A stretch of 63,496 nt of DNA, counting the filler, from Octopus bimaculoides (lineage: Eukaryota): the NCBI RefSeq assembly GCF_001194135.2. It is 8 parts of 6 records of this genome, joined end to end, with 100 filler letters (N's around TTAATTAATTAA, not from the genome) between each part and the next. Parts side by side here need not be neighbours in the genome. Positions count along the whole stretch, not along the records: positions 41,176 to 53,682 come from NC_068992.1; positions 53,783 to 55,992 come from NW_026402514.1; positions 56,093 to 58,963 come from NC_068983.1; positions 59,064 to 62,043 come from NC_069000.1; positions 62,144 to 63,496 come from NC_068999.1; 3 more parts are not named here. One strand, given 5' to 3'. The translations under genes were made by a program, and so were the position numbers. The notes below the pieces were generated by a model. It had not been told where the DNA came from and searched no databases. It saw only the letters and a list, made by a program, of their open reading frames with translations. This document shows positions 52,283 to 63,496 of the stretch, piece by piece; position 1 is the stretch's first letter; each line of letters opens with the position of its first letter.

Positions 52283-54169
52283 TGCGTTGTAGTATCAAAT
52301 CATGAGAATTGCTTCCCTTCTATAGCTCCTTTCATCAACTTCTAGATGTGTACATGCTGTTTGTGTATGTGTATGTGTGTGTGTGTGTGTGTGTGTGTTC
52401 GCTTGTGTGTGTGTGTGTGTGTGTGCGCGCGCTTGTGTGTGTGTGTGTGTGTGTGTGTGTATTTGCATGTACGCACACACTCATATATATAAATATAATA
52501 CAAACATATATTTACGTGCACTGTGTGCGTGTTTATATGACACTATGTCACACATTTGCAGTTTACCAAATTCCACTCACAAGGCATTTATCAACCTGCC
52601 TGAGGATATGGTAGAAGACAATTTCCAAAAAGTCCCACGCAGCGAATTTAAACCTGTAGCTGGAATATTTGGCAAACTCTAACTTACTCCCGGATCCAAT
52701 TCAAAATCAACTGAACAACACGAACGCGATTCACTCAATTATAAATGACATCATTAAGGAACTGACCACTCAGACACCTAGTAAGCAAGATCTCATTAAC
52801 AATTCCATCTTTTGGCAACGTTTTCTGTTTGAAAGAAATAACTACAAACAGGACATTCTCTTTCCACTAAAATTAATTGTGGCGTACGCTTAAAAACAGC
52901 ATCAAAAGCAATGGAAGACGACGACCACGCAGCTAAAACCATAGTGACGGTTACTGTCATTTTCGACTACAACAAAATCTCGTAGTAATTTTGAATAATC
53001 TAACTTCGTGTAAGCAGCTTTTCTCTGTTGCTAGTTGTAGAGTTAATACAGTTTTTCAACGAAGAAAATCAATATTTTGGTATTTAAAATTCCAGCGGAA
53101 GTTGTGCTCTTTTCTTTGATATCGAACCCATCGAACTCATCACAATGGCGACACACATACAAAAATATTCCTTATCGTTACAATTACTGACGCCGAAGGA
53201 ACTCGACACAGTCTTCGTGACCCCAATACATTCGACTTCCAATACACTGACAAGGTGTCAGCCGAACGAACACGTGATTGAATAGTAAACTTTTTAACCA
53301 GACTGCCATGTACGCTGCATGTGTGTGTATGTATGTCTCTGTGTGTGTGTATGTGAGTGTGCGTGTGTGAGTGTGTGTGTGCTTTTTTTTTCTCTTTGTT
53401 TGCGAATGTATCTGTGATGTAGATGTGGACTGGTTGACAGGTGTCTCTTCGTCTTTTATTTTTTCGATTTTCTATTCGTAATTCCGATTTATAACTTCAA
53501 AAAAATAAAATACATTCGCTGTGTTTCCTAGCAAAAAGGCAATATAACAAAACCATTTTCACAAAACAAAAATAAAATACAGTTTGGTAGAATATGCAAA
53601 AATATGCAAATATAGATAGAGAGAGACAGCCAGAAAGACAGCCAGGTAAATAGATATATATATATATTTATATATATATATANNNNNNNNNNNNNNNNNN
53701 NNNNNNNNNNNNNNNNNNNNNNNNNNTTAATTAATTAANNNNNNNNNNNNNNNNNNNNNNNNNNNNNNNNNNNNNNNNNNNNCGACGACGACGACGACGA
53801 CGATGATGATGATGATGATGATGGTGATGATAATGATGCTGATGATTGTTAACACGATGATCTAGGAATGTTATTCTTTCATTAATCCTTAACAGCTAAC
53901 ATGTGTGTGTGTGTGCCTGTGTATATATGGATACGTATCTATATTTGTGTGCTGACATCCACACACCCACACACCCACACATACAGACATATGCAATGTG
54001 TATATGCCTATATATATGTATATATACATACATACATATATATATATATAATTTTCCAGAAATGGCACAGAAATGTTGACATAGAGTGGTGAATAAATCG
54101 ATCTTGGATATATCGAGTTTGAAGTTTCTGTCTCTTTTAAATATACGAATTTAAAAGTTAAAAACCTTG

Positions 54170-54205
<36 letters not shown>

Positions 54206-54244
54206 CATATACATATATGAGTTTATGTATATGTATATATTTGC

Positions 54245-54518
54245 ACGTATGTATGTTTATATGCATACATATACATCGGTCAAACGGGACGCCGCTTGGC
54301 TGACCGGTTCGCGGAGCACCTCCGAGACATTAGACTCGACAATGACACCCCGGTCACGCTCCATTTCCGTTGTACCGGTCATTCATTACCTCTCTGTGTT
54401 CGGATTGTCTTTGCACAGGGTCCATCCGGACTCCCGCCTTCGCCGTGAACAAGAATTAATCTTCTCTCTTCGTTCTTTCACCCCACACGGGTTCAACTCC
54501 CCTCTTCTCTTCATCTGA
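54245..54518 (+). pseudogene. Penelope-like element GIY-YIG C-terminal fragment
   Basis: YIGQTGRRLADRFAEHLRDIRLDNDTPV..HF...H then, frameshifted, LSVFGLSLHRVHPDSRLRREQELIFSLRSFTPHGFN*; same subfamily as 17480-18247. Confidence 0.92.
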
Positions 54519-54774
54519 CCCCATCTCTTCTCTTCATCTCAAAACTACTTCCTCTCTTCACTCCTACCCACCTCTTCTCTCCTCTCTTGCTCTTACACTT
54601 CCTCTTTTCACTCCTACCACCTTCTTTCATTGATACGCTCTTCCATCCACACCCTACCCCCACACATCCACTTTCACATATTCCACCGCGATTCTATGAC
54701 CGCGAGTCCGCTGCCCTAACCACTGGGCCATTGCGCCTCCACTGAAACCATATATATTATTATTATTATTAAAG

Positions 54775-54897
54775 CAACGAACTAGCAGAGTCGTTAGCAC
54801 GCCGGGCGAAATGCTTAGCGGTATTTCGTCTGGTATTTCGTCTGGTTCTGAGTTCAAATTCCGTCGAGGTCGAATTTACCTTTTTTTTTCTTCTTTC
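54775..54897 (+). mobile_element. Family A SINE, 3'-truncated
   Basis: gttagcacgccgggcgaaatgcttagcggtatttcg...gagttcaaattcc. Confidence 0.85.
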
Positions 54898-55813
54898 GGA
54901 TGAAATAATATTATATGTGCGTATAAAAATTATACACACATNNNNNNNNNNNNNNNNNNNNNNNNNNNNNNNNNNNNNNNNNNNNNNNNNNNNNNNNNNN
55001 NNNNNNNNNNNNNNNNNNNNNNNNNNNNNNNNNNNNNNNNNNNNNNNNNNNNNNNNNNNNNNNNNNNNNNNNNNNNNNNNNNNNNNNNNNNNNNNNNNNN
55101 NNNNNNNNNNNNNNNNNNNNNNNNNNNNNNNNNNNNNNNNNNNNNNNNNNNNNNNNNNNNNNNNNNNNNNNNNNNNNNNNNNNNNNNNNNNNNNNNNNNN
55201 NNNNNNNNNNNNNNNNNNNNNNNNNNNNNNNNNNNNNNNNNNNNNNNNNNNNNNNNNNNNNNNNNNNNNNNNNNNNNNNNNNNNNNNNNNNNNNNNNNNN
55301 NNNNNNNNNNNNNNNNNNNNNNNNNNNNNNNNNNNNNNNNNNNNNNNNNNNNNNNNNNNNNNNNNNNNNNNNNNNNNNNNNNNNNNNNNNNNNNNNNNNN
55401 NNNNNNNNNNNNNNNNNNNNNNNNNNNNNNNNNNNNNNNNNNNNNNNNNNNNNNNNNNNNNNNNNNNNNNNNNNNNNNNNNNNNNNNNNNNNNNNNNNNN
55501 NNNNNNNNNNNNNNNNNNNNNNNNNNNNNNNNNNNNNNNNNNNNNNNNNNNNNNNNNNNNNNNNNNNNNNNNNNNNNNNNNNNNNNNNNNNNNNNNNNNN
55601 NNNNNNNNNNNNNNNNNNNNNNNNNNNNNNNNNNNNNNNNNNNNNNNNNNNNNNNNNNNNNNNNNNNNNNNNNNNNNNNNNNNNNNNNNNNNNNNNNNNN
55701 NNNNNNNNNNNNNNNNNNNNNNNNNNNNNNNNNNNNNNNNNNNNNNNNNNNNNNNNNNNNNNNNNNNNNNNNNNNNNNNNNNNNNNNNNNNNNNNNNNTA
55801 TTATTGTAATCGT

Positions 55814-55992
55814 GGAGGCGCAATGGCCCAGTGTTTAGGGCAACGGACTTGCGGTCGAAGGATCTCGGTTTCGATTCCCAGACCGGGCGTTGTGTGTGTT
55901 TATTGAGCGAAAACACCTAAAGCTCCACGGGGCTCCGGCACTGGGTGGTGGCGACCCCTGTTGTACTCTTTCGCCCCAACTTTCTCTCGCTC
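55814..55992 (+). mobile_element. Family C SINE, runs into gap
   Basis: ggaggcgcaatggcccagtg head, ggtttcgattcccagaccgggcg. Confidence 0.88.
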
Positions 55993-56129
55993 NNNNNNNN
56001 NNNNNNNNNNNNNNNNNNNNNNNNNNNNNNNNNNNNTTAATTAATTAANNNNNNNNNNNNNNNNNNNNNNNNNNNNNNNNNNNNNNNNNNNNGTTCTTCA
56101 ATGTTTTGTAAATTTACCACGATTTTCAC

Positions 56130-56202
56130 TAGGGTGTTAGGGTTAGGGTTTTAGGGTCAGAGTTAGGGTTTAGGATTAATGTTACGGTTACGGTTTTTAG
56201 GG

Positions 56203-56237
<35 letters not shown>

Positions 56238-56280
56238 TGTTAGGATTAGGGTTAGGGTTAGTGTTAGGATTAGGGTTGGG
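56130..56280 (+). repeat. Degenerate interstitial (TTAGGG)n array
   Basis: Many ttaggg units with tttaggg/ttagtg/ttagga variants. Confidence 0.9.
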
Positions 56281-57114
56281 TAATCGTGCGAGTGTTAAGC
56301 TGAAAAATTACAGATATGTGAAAAGTACCGACACTGCCATCTATTATAACTTTTGTTGTTCTGTTTAATATATACATAGATTATGCCTCCAAAGAAGAGA
56401 GTTTGCTGGGGAAAGACAGCAACAGACTGCAGTAATGCACCACATTCCAGAAGCTATTTTGAACATAATGCAAAATGGTTCATCAGCATCTTCTGCCCAA
56501 TCTGATAGAATTCTGGCAAAACTGTGTAGCAACAGATCGCCAGCAATTGCTTCATCAGAAATTGCCGTCTTTTTTCCTGCTAAAAGGGATTACCCTGCTA
56601 TGTATAATCAGGGCAGCGCAAAAAGTTGTTTTGCACAAGCATTTCTATAGCCAATTACACGGATGAAATTTACGTACGCTTAATAATTTTACGCAAAACA
56701 GCCTTCAGACTTTCCCTATTAATTTCATCGTCTTTTGNNNNNNNNNNNNNNNNNNNNNNNNNNNNNNNNNNNNNNNNNNNNNNNNNNNNNNNNNNNNNNN
56801 NNNNNNNNNNNNNNNNNNNNNNNNNNNNNNNNNNNNNNNNNNNNNNNNNNNNNNNNNNNNNNNNNNNNNNNNNNNNNNNNNNNNNNNNNNNNNNNNNNNN
56901 NNNNNNNNNNNNNNNNNNNNNNNNNNNNNNNNNNNNNNNNNNNNNNNNNNNNNNNNNNNNNNNNNNNNNNNNNNNNNNNNNNNNNNNNNNNNNNNNNNNN
57001 NNNNNNNNNNNNNNNNNNNNNNNNNNNNNNNNNNNNNNNNNNNNNNNNNNNNNNNNNNNNNNNNNNNNNNNNNNNNNNNNNNNNNNNNNNNNNNNNNNNN
57101 NNTATATATATTTC

Positions 57115-58520
57115 TATGCTAAAGAAATAGCAGAAGTACTGTAGAAACAATACTGCTCTGTCTCTAGTGATCCCACTGATATTAACGTAAGGGAAGTGAA
57201 CGAGTCGATTCTCAACATAAAATCTTGGACATAACCTTCACTGCCTCAGACATCATAGTAGCAATAAACGAAGTCAAATACTATTCTGCTGTAGGCCCTG
57301 ATAGATTCCCCGCTAGTCTCCTAAAAGAATGTTGACACCAACTTGCAGTCTCTCTGACCAACCTCTGGAGAAATTTTTTAGACTCAGGTTATATACCGAA
57401 ACAGTTCCTATATCAGTCTGTCATTCCGGTTTTCAAACAGGGAAATAGATCACTCACAGTCAACTATCTCACAATCTCACTCACCTCCCATATCATTAAA
57501 GTTTTTGAAAGAGTGGTAAGATCAAGGATAGTTGGTTTCGTGGAGATCCACAAACTCCTAAATTCAAATCAGCATGGCTTTCGCTGTGGCAGGGACCGTC
57601 TAACACAGCTCTTATACCACATCGATGATATACTCAAAGCCTTGGGAACAGGTCCGAACTCTGATGTCATATATCTTGACTTCAGTAAAGCGTTCGACAG
57701 AATCGACCATAATAACTTACTCTCAAAATTGGCAAATGTTGGAATCCGTGGAAAACTTCTACACTGGATAATGTATTTCCTGGTGAACAGAACACAACAT
57801 GTTGTGGTCGATGGAGTTCACTCAAGCCCAGCAAAAGTCACCAGTGGTGTCCCTCAGGGGACTGTCTTGGGCCCGCTCCTCTTTATAATCTATATAAACG
57901 ACATTTCCAGCATCGTAAAACACAGCAAAGTGAAAATATTTTGCTGATGACACTAAGCTCCAGAAAATCATCAATGAAGAAGACCGAACTCAAGTCCAGT
58001 CTGATCTACATGCGGTGAGTAAATGGACACGCAAAAACAAAATGCAACTAAACGAGAGAAAATTTGAGCTGATGCATTTTTGTAAAAAGACTATGCTAAA
58101 ACAAGCATACTCTCTTCCTTTAGAGAAACCTCTCACAGCATTCACTAAACGAATTAAGGGCATGCCTGATCTCGATTATTGGGAATGCCTTAAATCATTG
58201 AAACTCTTACTCTCTCCAGCGCCGCCTCGAGCGATACATCATGTGGAGAATATACCACCAGCATTGCCCAAACAACCTCACATTAGCTTCAAAATTCATT
58301 CAAAGCTAGGACCACGTGCCATACGTCCCCTACCCAATTCAGGATCACAACACATAAATACACTGCAACACAAATTCTTTTCTTCAACAGGCTCTGCCTA
58401 TTTAAGATTGTCCCAAAACAGATCAAAGAGGAAAAGGATCCCATCGCCTTTAAAAAGAATCTGGACAAATTTCTTCAGGGAATACCACTCACTTAACAAG
58501 AACTCCCTACTCGAATAGAC
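57115..58520 (+). pseudogene. CR1/L2-group LINE reverse transcriptase, frameshifted and internally deleted
   Basis: QHGFRCGR..LTQLL, VIYLDFSKAFDRIDH, SGVPQGTVLGPLLFIIYIND; the IFADD motif is broken by a +1 T (atattttgctgatgac); downstream DYWECLKSLKL. Confidence 0.95.
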
Positions 58521-58603
58521 CATGATACTTGACTTAAAAAGGTGAAAATCTGCTCAATACACCGCCACAAAATTTTCACCAAATTTGGCAAAAATACTCA
58601 TTA

Positions 58604-58657
58604 CCTTAACCCTAACTCTAAAACCCGAACCCTAACCCTAAAACCCTAAAGCTAAAA
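58604..58657 (-). repeat. Degenerate (CCCTAA)n array inside a dispersed repeat
   Basis: ccttaaccctaactctaaaacccgaaccctaaccctaaaaccctaa. Confidence 0.8.
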
Positions 58658-59063
58658 CCAGTATAAACGCACGAACGATGTCATAGATAACAGTACCGCC
58701 GATAGTTGTTGTTGACAAACAACGGCACTAATTTTATTCAAGGGAAAAGACCCCATTACACCGTCACAACGTGTTGTTGACAATCCACAGCAGTAATTGT
58801 TTTCACCTCAATAGACGTCAGTGATTGGTTGAAATTACTGAAATACGACAACTTTTAACATGAAATAACTTCGAATATAAATTTTTTTCTCTGTTCTATA
58901 AGATAAAATATACAAGTATACGAAGTTTTAATGTGTTTCGGTAGAAAACACACTAAATAAAAANNNNNNNNNNNNNNNNNNNNNNNNNNNNNNNNNNNNN
59001 NNNNNNNTTAATTAATTAANNNNNNNNNNNNNNNNNNNNNNNNNNNNNNNNNNNNNNNNNNNN

Positions 59064-59108
<45 letters not shown>

Positions 59109-59431
59109 CATATACATATGTTTATAAGCACATACAACACATGCGCACACGCAGACAGGCACCCGCACCTACAAATGCACATACGCACACACGCAAGCGC
59201 AGCCAGGCAAACACAGATACACACGCACACACGCACACACGCACACACATACGCACACAGACACACACACACACACACACACACATGGAAACAGATATCC
59301 TCTCACACAGTGGTACATACAAATACGAGTCCATACAATGCTATTGATTTTTATAATTTCAATGTACAATTTGCGGTGATAATTACATCTATCTATTGGC
59401 CATATATACTCTAATAGTGGGCATGTCTGCA

Positions 59432-59472
<41 letters not shown>

Positions 59473-59478
59473 GCACGC

Positions 59479-59543
<65 letters not shown>

Positions 59544-59939
59544 CACGCACACACATACACACACACACATATATATATACACGCACGCACACACACACAC
59601 AGACACACACATTGAATATCGCTATTTTTAAAATTTTAACTTATTTCATTTATTATTTTCAGTCTCTTTGACCTGGTCAGTCTGACCCCGACAAAATGAC
59701 CAGGTCAGCCTAACCGAATTTATTTCATAGAAATGAAAAGGTGTGGGACTTTTATGCAACTGTTTTCGTGTGATTCGTTGCAGTCGGCTCATGCAGCAGC
59801 TGCACCGTGGGAATTCCCCAAATTTTTGTTGCATGCCTTGCATCTGTTGGTCAGATGCATCAAAAGCGTGTATAAATAAATATAAATGCGAAATTTTCAG
59901 ACCTCGAAGATATATACATTAAATGTATGGCGTGAGTAG

Positions 59940-60008
59940 TTAATAACAACAGTAATGATGATGATGATGATGTTGGTAATAATAATAATAATGATGATGA
60001 TGATAATG

Positions 60009-60102
<94 letters not shown>

Positions 60103-60157
60103 TGATAATGATGACGATGATGATGGTGATAATAATAATAATAATAACAACAACAGC

Positions 60158-60193
<36 letters not shown>

Positions 60194-60385
60194 AATAATA
60201 ATAATAATAATAATGACAATGATAATGATGATGATGATGATGATGATGATGACGATGTTGATGACGAAAATAATAATAATGATAATAATGTTAAAAATAA
60301 CAACAATAATAATTTATGAAGATTAACTAACTCTTTACGAAGGTATATAATGATGATGATGATGATAATTATGATAATGAAGATA
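59940..60385. repeat. Long compound (ATA)/(ATG)/(ACA) trinucleotide microsatellite
   Basis: Directly visible; source of the poly-L/I/M ORFs. Confidence 0.97.
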
Positions 60386-60409
60386 ATAATAAAAAAAATT
60401 CTTTCTATT

Positions 60410-60608
60410 AAAGGCACAACGCCTGAAATTATAGAGAAGGGGACTAGTCGATTACATCGACCTCAGTGTTTCATTGGTACTTCATTTATCGACCACGAAA
60501 GGATGAAAGGCAAAGTCGACCGCGGCGGAATTTGAACGCAGAATGTAAGGGCGGACGAAATACCGCTAAGCATTTCGCCCGACGAGCTAATGATTCTGAT
60601 AGCTCACC
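60410..60608 (-). mobile_element. Family A SINE
   Basis: gaaaggatgaaaggcaaagtcgaccgcggcggaatttgaac...aaataccgctaagcatttcgccc is the RC of the family consensus. Confidence 0.88.
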
Positions 60609-60613
60609 GCGTT

Positions 60614-60659
<46 letters not shown>

Positions 60660-60669
60660 GTATTGATAC

Positions 60670-61205
60670 CTTGATGCAATACCAGACAGTGGCTCTCATG
60701 GTTTCTAATCTTAGCACACTGGAAGTATTATCATGTACATTGTTTTGTCTTGGTATAATATTCTGCTTGACTTTTGCTTGACATTTGATTGACTTTAACC
60801 AGTTAAGCATGTCCCTTAATGGCTGACAATATGTGCATCTCTGATCACGAAGAGAAGTAGTGGGGGAGCATCATAGCCATTTGCTGAGAGGAATTGTTTG
60901 GGGTTTGGATAATTCACCTCTGGAAACATAGGTGTTTCGTTCAACATCCTTAAATAACCTTAAATAACCCTTATTCAGGAACCTTTTGAGTGGGATGGGC
61001 TACTCAACCTGAAGGAAATTTTAACTGGGCCCCCACCTGCAAGGTCATGCGTTGTTTATTTTGATATGAGATCATGTCACGTACATATTGTTGGGATGCA
61101 TGTGCCTGATGTACCCTTATCAGACGGGTAGTCACGATGGATATACTGGGCTTCGTATATTTTACTCCGGTGTCACTTTGATGCACTGCTCTCTCACTCA
61201 ATAAT
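60670..61205 (+). mobile_element. Probable LINE 3' end / 3'UTR fragment ending in a short AAT-type tail
   Basis: Non-coding, ends ...gcactgctctctcactcaataatgat; recalled as a common octopus repeat, not verified. Confidence 0.4.
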
Positions 61206-61224
61206 GATCCTAATTATAATCCCT

Positions 61225-61342
61225 TTTACTATAGCCACAAGGCCTGAAATTTTGGGGAGGGGGATAGTCGATTACATTGACCCCAGTAATCAATTGGTGC
61301 TCAGTTTGTCGAGCCCGAAAGAATGAAAGGCAAAGTCGACTT
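61225..61342 (-). mobile_element. Family A SINE truncated by gap
   Basis: cccgaaagaatgaaaggcaaagtcgacttcggcggaatttgaactcagaa. Confidence 0.85.
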
Positions 61343-61463
61343 CGGCGGAATTTGAACTCAGAANNNNNNNNNNNNNNNNNNNNNNNNNNNNNNNNNNNNN
61401 NNNNNNNNNNNNNNNNNNNNNNNNNNNNNNNNNNNNNNNNNNNNNNNNNNNNNNNNNNNNNNN

Positions 61464-61503
<40 letters not shown>

Positions 61504-62143
61504 GTGCGTATATGAATTTACCTCTCTATCTATATTTATATATTTAGGCATTTATTTATATGGTTATGAGCATGTATATTTCTATACCTGTATATGTGTA
61601 TATATGTGTATATATATACGAATCGTTAAAAGATTAGGGTCTCCTCATTTCTAAGTACTCATAATTCCCAGAGATTGGGAGCATGAGTAAAGAAAATTCC
61701 GGAGTTTCGAGAATTTCTCGAGAATACACCTCAGTTTATAATTTTAATTTTATAATCTCATTTAATGATTTAGATTCATAATCATAAAAGTTTCTTTCCA
61801 CTAAAAACGTTTTATCGTAAAAAAAAATAAAGTAAAAGAAACACTTTGTTGGGCCAAACAGATAAAAACAAATAATTTTCTGAACTCTAAGAAATATTAC
61901 AATCAGATTCATATATTTCCGGATAATCTATTATAAAATCTGATAATTTTTTATTCAGAACCATATATATGTATGTATATATCTATGTATATATATCTTT
62001 ATGTTTGTGTTTATCTCCCAACACCGCTTGAAAACCGGTGTTGNNNNNNNNNNNNNNNNNNNNNNNNNNNNNNNNNNNNNNNNNNNNTTAATTAATTAAN
62101 NNNNNNNNNNNNNNNNNNNNNNNNNNNNNNNNNNNNNNNNNNN

Positions 62144-62190
<47 letters not shown>

Positions 62191-62208
62191 ATACCAAGAT
62201 AGATGGAT

Positions 62209-62241
<33 letters not shown>

Positions 62242-62308
62242 GGGAGAGAAAGGCAAGAGAGATGAGGGAGATCGACCGACGTCATACGATGAGACAACAT
62301 TGTTAGCC

Positions 62309-62560
62309 ATGAAATTCAACCCTGCTGACTCGTCAACAGATTTTGTCCTACTAAAGACCAGTATGAATATACGCTGGAATAACAACGACACAGTAAATTC
62401 ATTGTATGCATCCCCGCTTTGGGCGTCGACCGTGCTCTCACCTTTCATAAGTCAGTTACATCACGATTGGGTTACATTCGTTGTTGAAATCCGTCCTTTT
62501 TCGTTAGATATCCATTATTGGTTAACTACTGTAGAGCGAAATACAAAGTATTTGGTGCGG
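62309..62560 (+). CDS. Candidate first coding exon, unknown product (84 codons)
   Basis: gccATG at 62309; frame open for 252 nt to a phase-0 CGG|GTGAGT donor at 62561; CpG-rich unique sequence just after a GA tract. No recognised homology. Confidence 0.3.
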
Positions 62561-62706
62561 GTGAGTATGCTTCGCCGTTTAAGAATCGGCATGTTTACGA
62601 TGACATCGGTGCCAAGCCGTTTCGATCCTTGACCTTCCTCAGAACACTATGGATTGCAAAGAGTGGGGAAACTTGCATGTAGGAATATCTGCTGGTCGTA
62701 CTTTAA

Positions 62707-62997
62707 CCTATTACTTCTCATAATTCTATTAACTGGAATTTTTTTTATGAAACTTTGATTTCTAGCATAAAACGGCCTTAGAAACACGCTGGAATGATCA
62801 AAATAGCATTTCAAAATAACATTTTAAATAGAAATAAGCGAGATATTGGGTGAAAAATTAGCAAACCTCATTTGAATATCAGAGAAATATACCTAGTAGA
62901 TATAGCAAAAAGGTTAGATATGTGTAAATATTGACAGATAATTACGAAATTTGTAATTTTTAAGTGATCTCATATGAGATCACTGGTAGGTAATGGG
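62707..62997. mobile_element. piggyBac-like MITE
   Basis: TTAA at 62703-62706 and 62998-63001; imperfect TIRs cctattact / ggtaatggg; subterminal 20-bp palindrome gtgatctcatatgagatcac at 62964-62983. Confidence 0.55.
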
Positions 62998-63496
62998 TTA
63001 AAATAAAACATGCCCAGGGTAATACATTGGAGAGGAACATTCCAGATAGGAATCCAGAGCGTCGTAAAACATCCGGGAGTTTCGGATGTGGAGCTGCTTT
63101 GCTTATCTTGCGAGGTTCGTTGTTTTGAGGCACGGAAGAAAAGAAAAAGTTTCGCCTTCCCAATCGTTAATGGAACGAAATTAAAATCGTCGAAATTCCT
63201 TACTGCTGTTGTTGCTGCTCATGATGCTGTTGTCGCTATTGCTGCTGCTGTTGCTGCTGCTGTTGCTGCTGCTGTTGTTATTGTTTAAACCCATGATGGG
63301 TCTTATTTAGCAAATCTATCGTTAAGCATTTTATCCTGTCTCTTTTCAGTGCTGTAATCACAAAAGCATATGCATGCATACATACATACATACATACATG
63401 CATACATACATGCATACATACATACATACATACATACATGCATACATACATACGTGTATGCATGTATGTATGCATGTATGCATGTATGTATGTATG

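Noticed and set aside
52669-52893. Plus-strand ORF MANSNLLPDPIQ...
   Set aside because: Starts at TTG inside a SINE remnant; better explained as the antisense shadow of the candidate minus-strand UTR exon.
2381-61342. Repeated SINE cores as a CRISPR-like array
   Set aside because: Copies are dispersed, irregularly spaced, in both orientations and carry Pol III boxes; eukaryotic SINEs, with no cas genes.
5771-62099. Recurrent TTAATTAATTAA motif as a biological element
   Set aside because: It always sits between N-runs in 100-base gaps; it is an assembly spacer.

Overview
Eukaryotic, AT-rich, microsatellite-saturated intronic/intergenic DNA from a fragmented short-read-based assembly. The SINE families and simple-repeat density point to a coleoid cephalopod, most likely Octopus (inference). 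No complete protein-coding gene, rRNA, functional tRNA or CRISPR array is present, and nearly all ORFs in the supplied track are microsatellite or N-gap artefacts. The interpretable content is a transposon graveyard: five Penelope-like element (PLE) fragments with GIY-YIG and/or RT-thumb motifs, decayed RTE, R4/Dong-like and CR1-like LINEs, a probable L1/Tx1 ORF1 relic, hAT and mariner transposase relics, several MITEs, and more than 25 tRNA-derived SINE copies from at least 4 families. The most interesting signal is a set of minimal type-I hammerhead-ribozyme (HHR) motifs. One of them (5419-5464, minus strand) sits in the tail of an element whose head is a tRNA-like Pol III promoter, suggesting a SINE that carries a PLE-type self-cleaving ribozyme. 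Other observations are two double-hairpin rearrangements, a near-perfect 133-bp foldback MITE, inverted SINE clusters (possible ADAR substrates), and weak evidence for host transcription (candidate first exons near 53 kb on minus and 62 kb on plus, candidate micro-exons). The exon calls rest on splice-site motifs alone.
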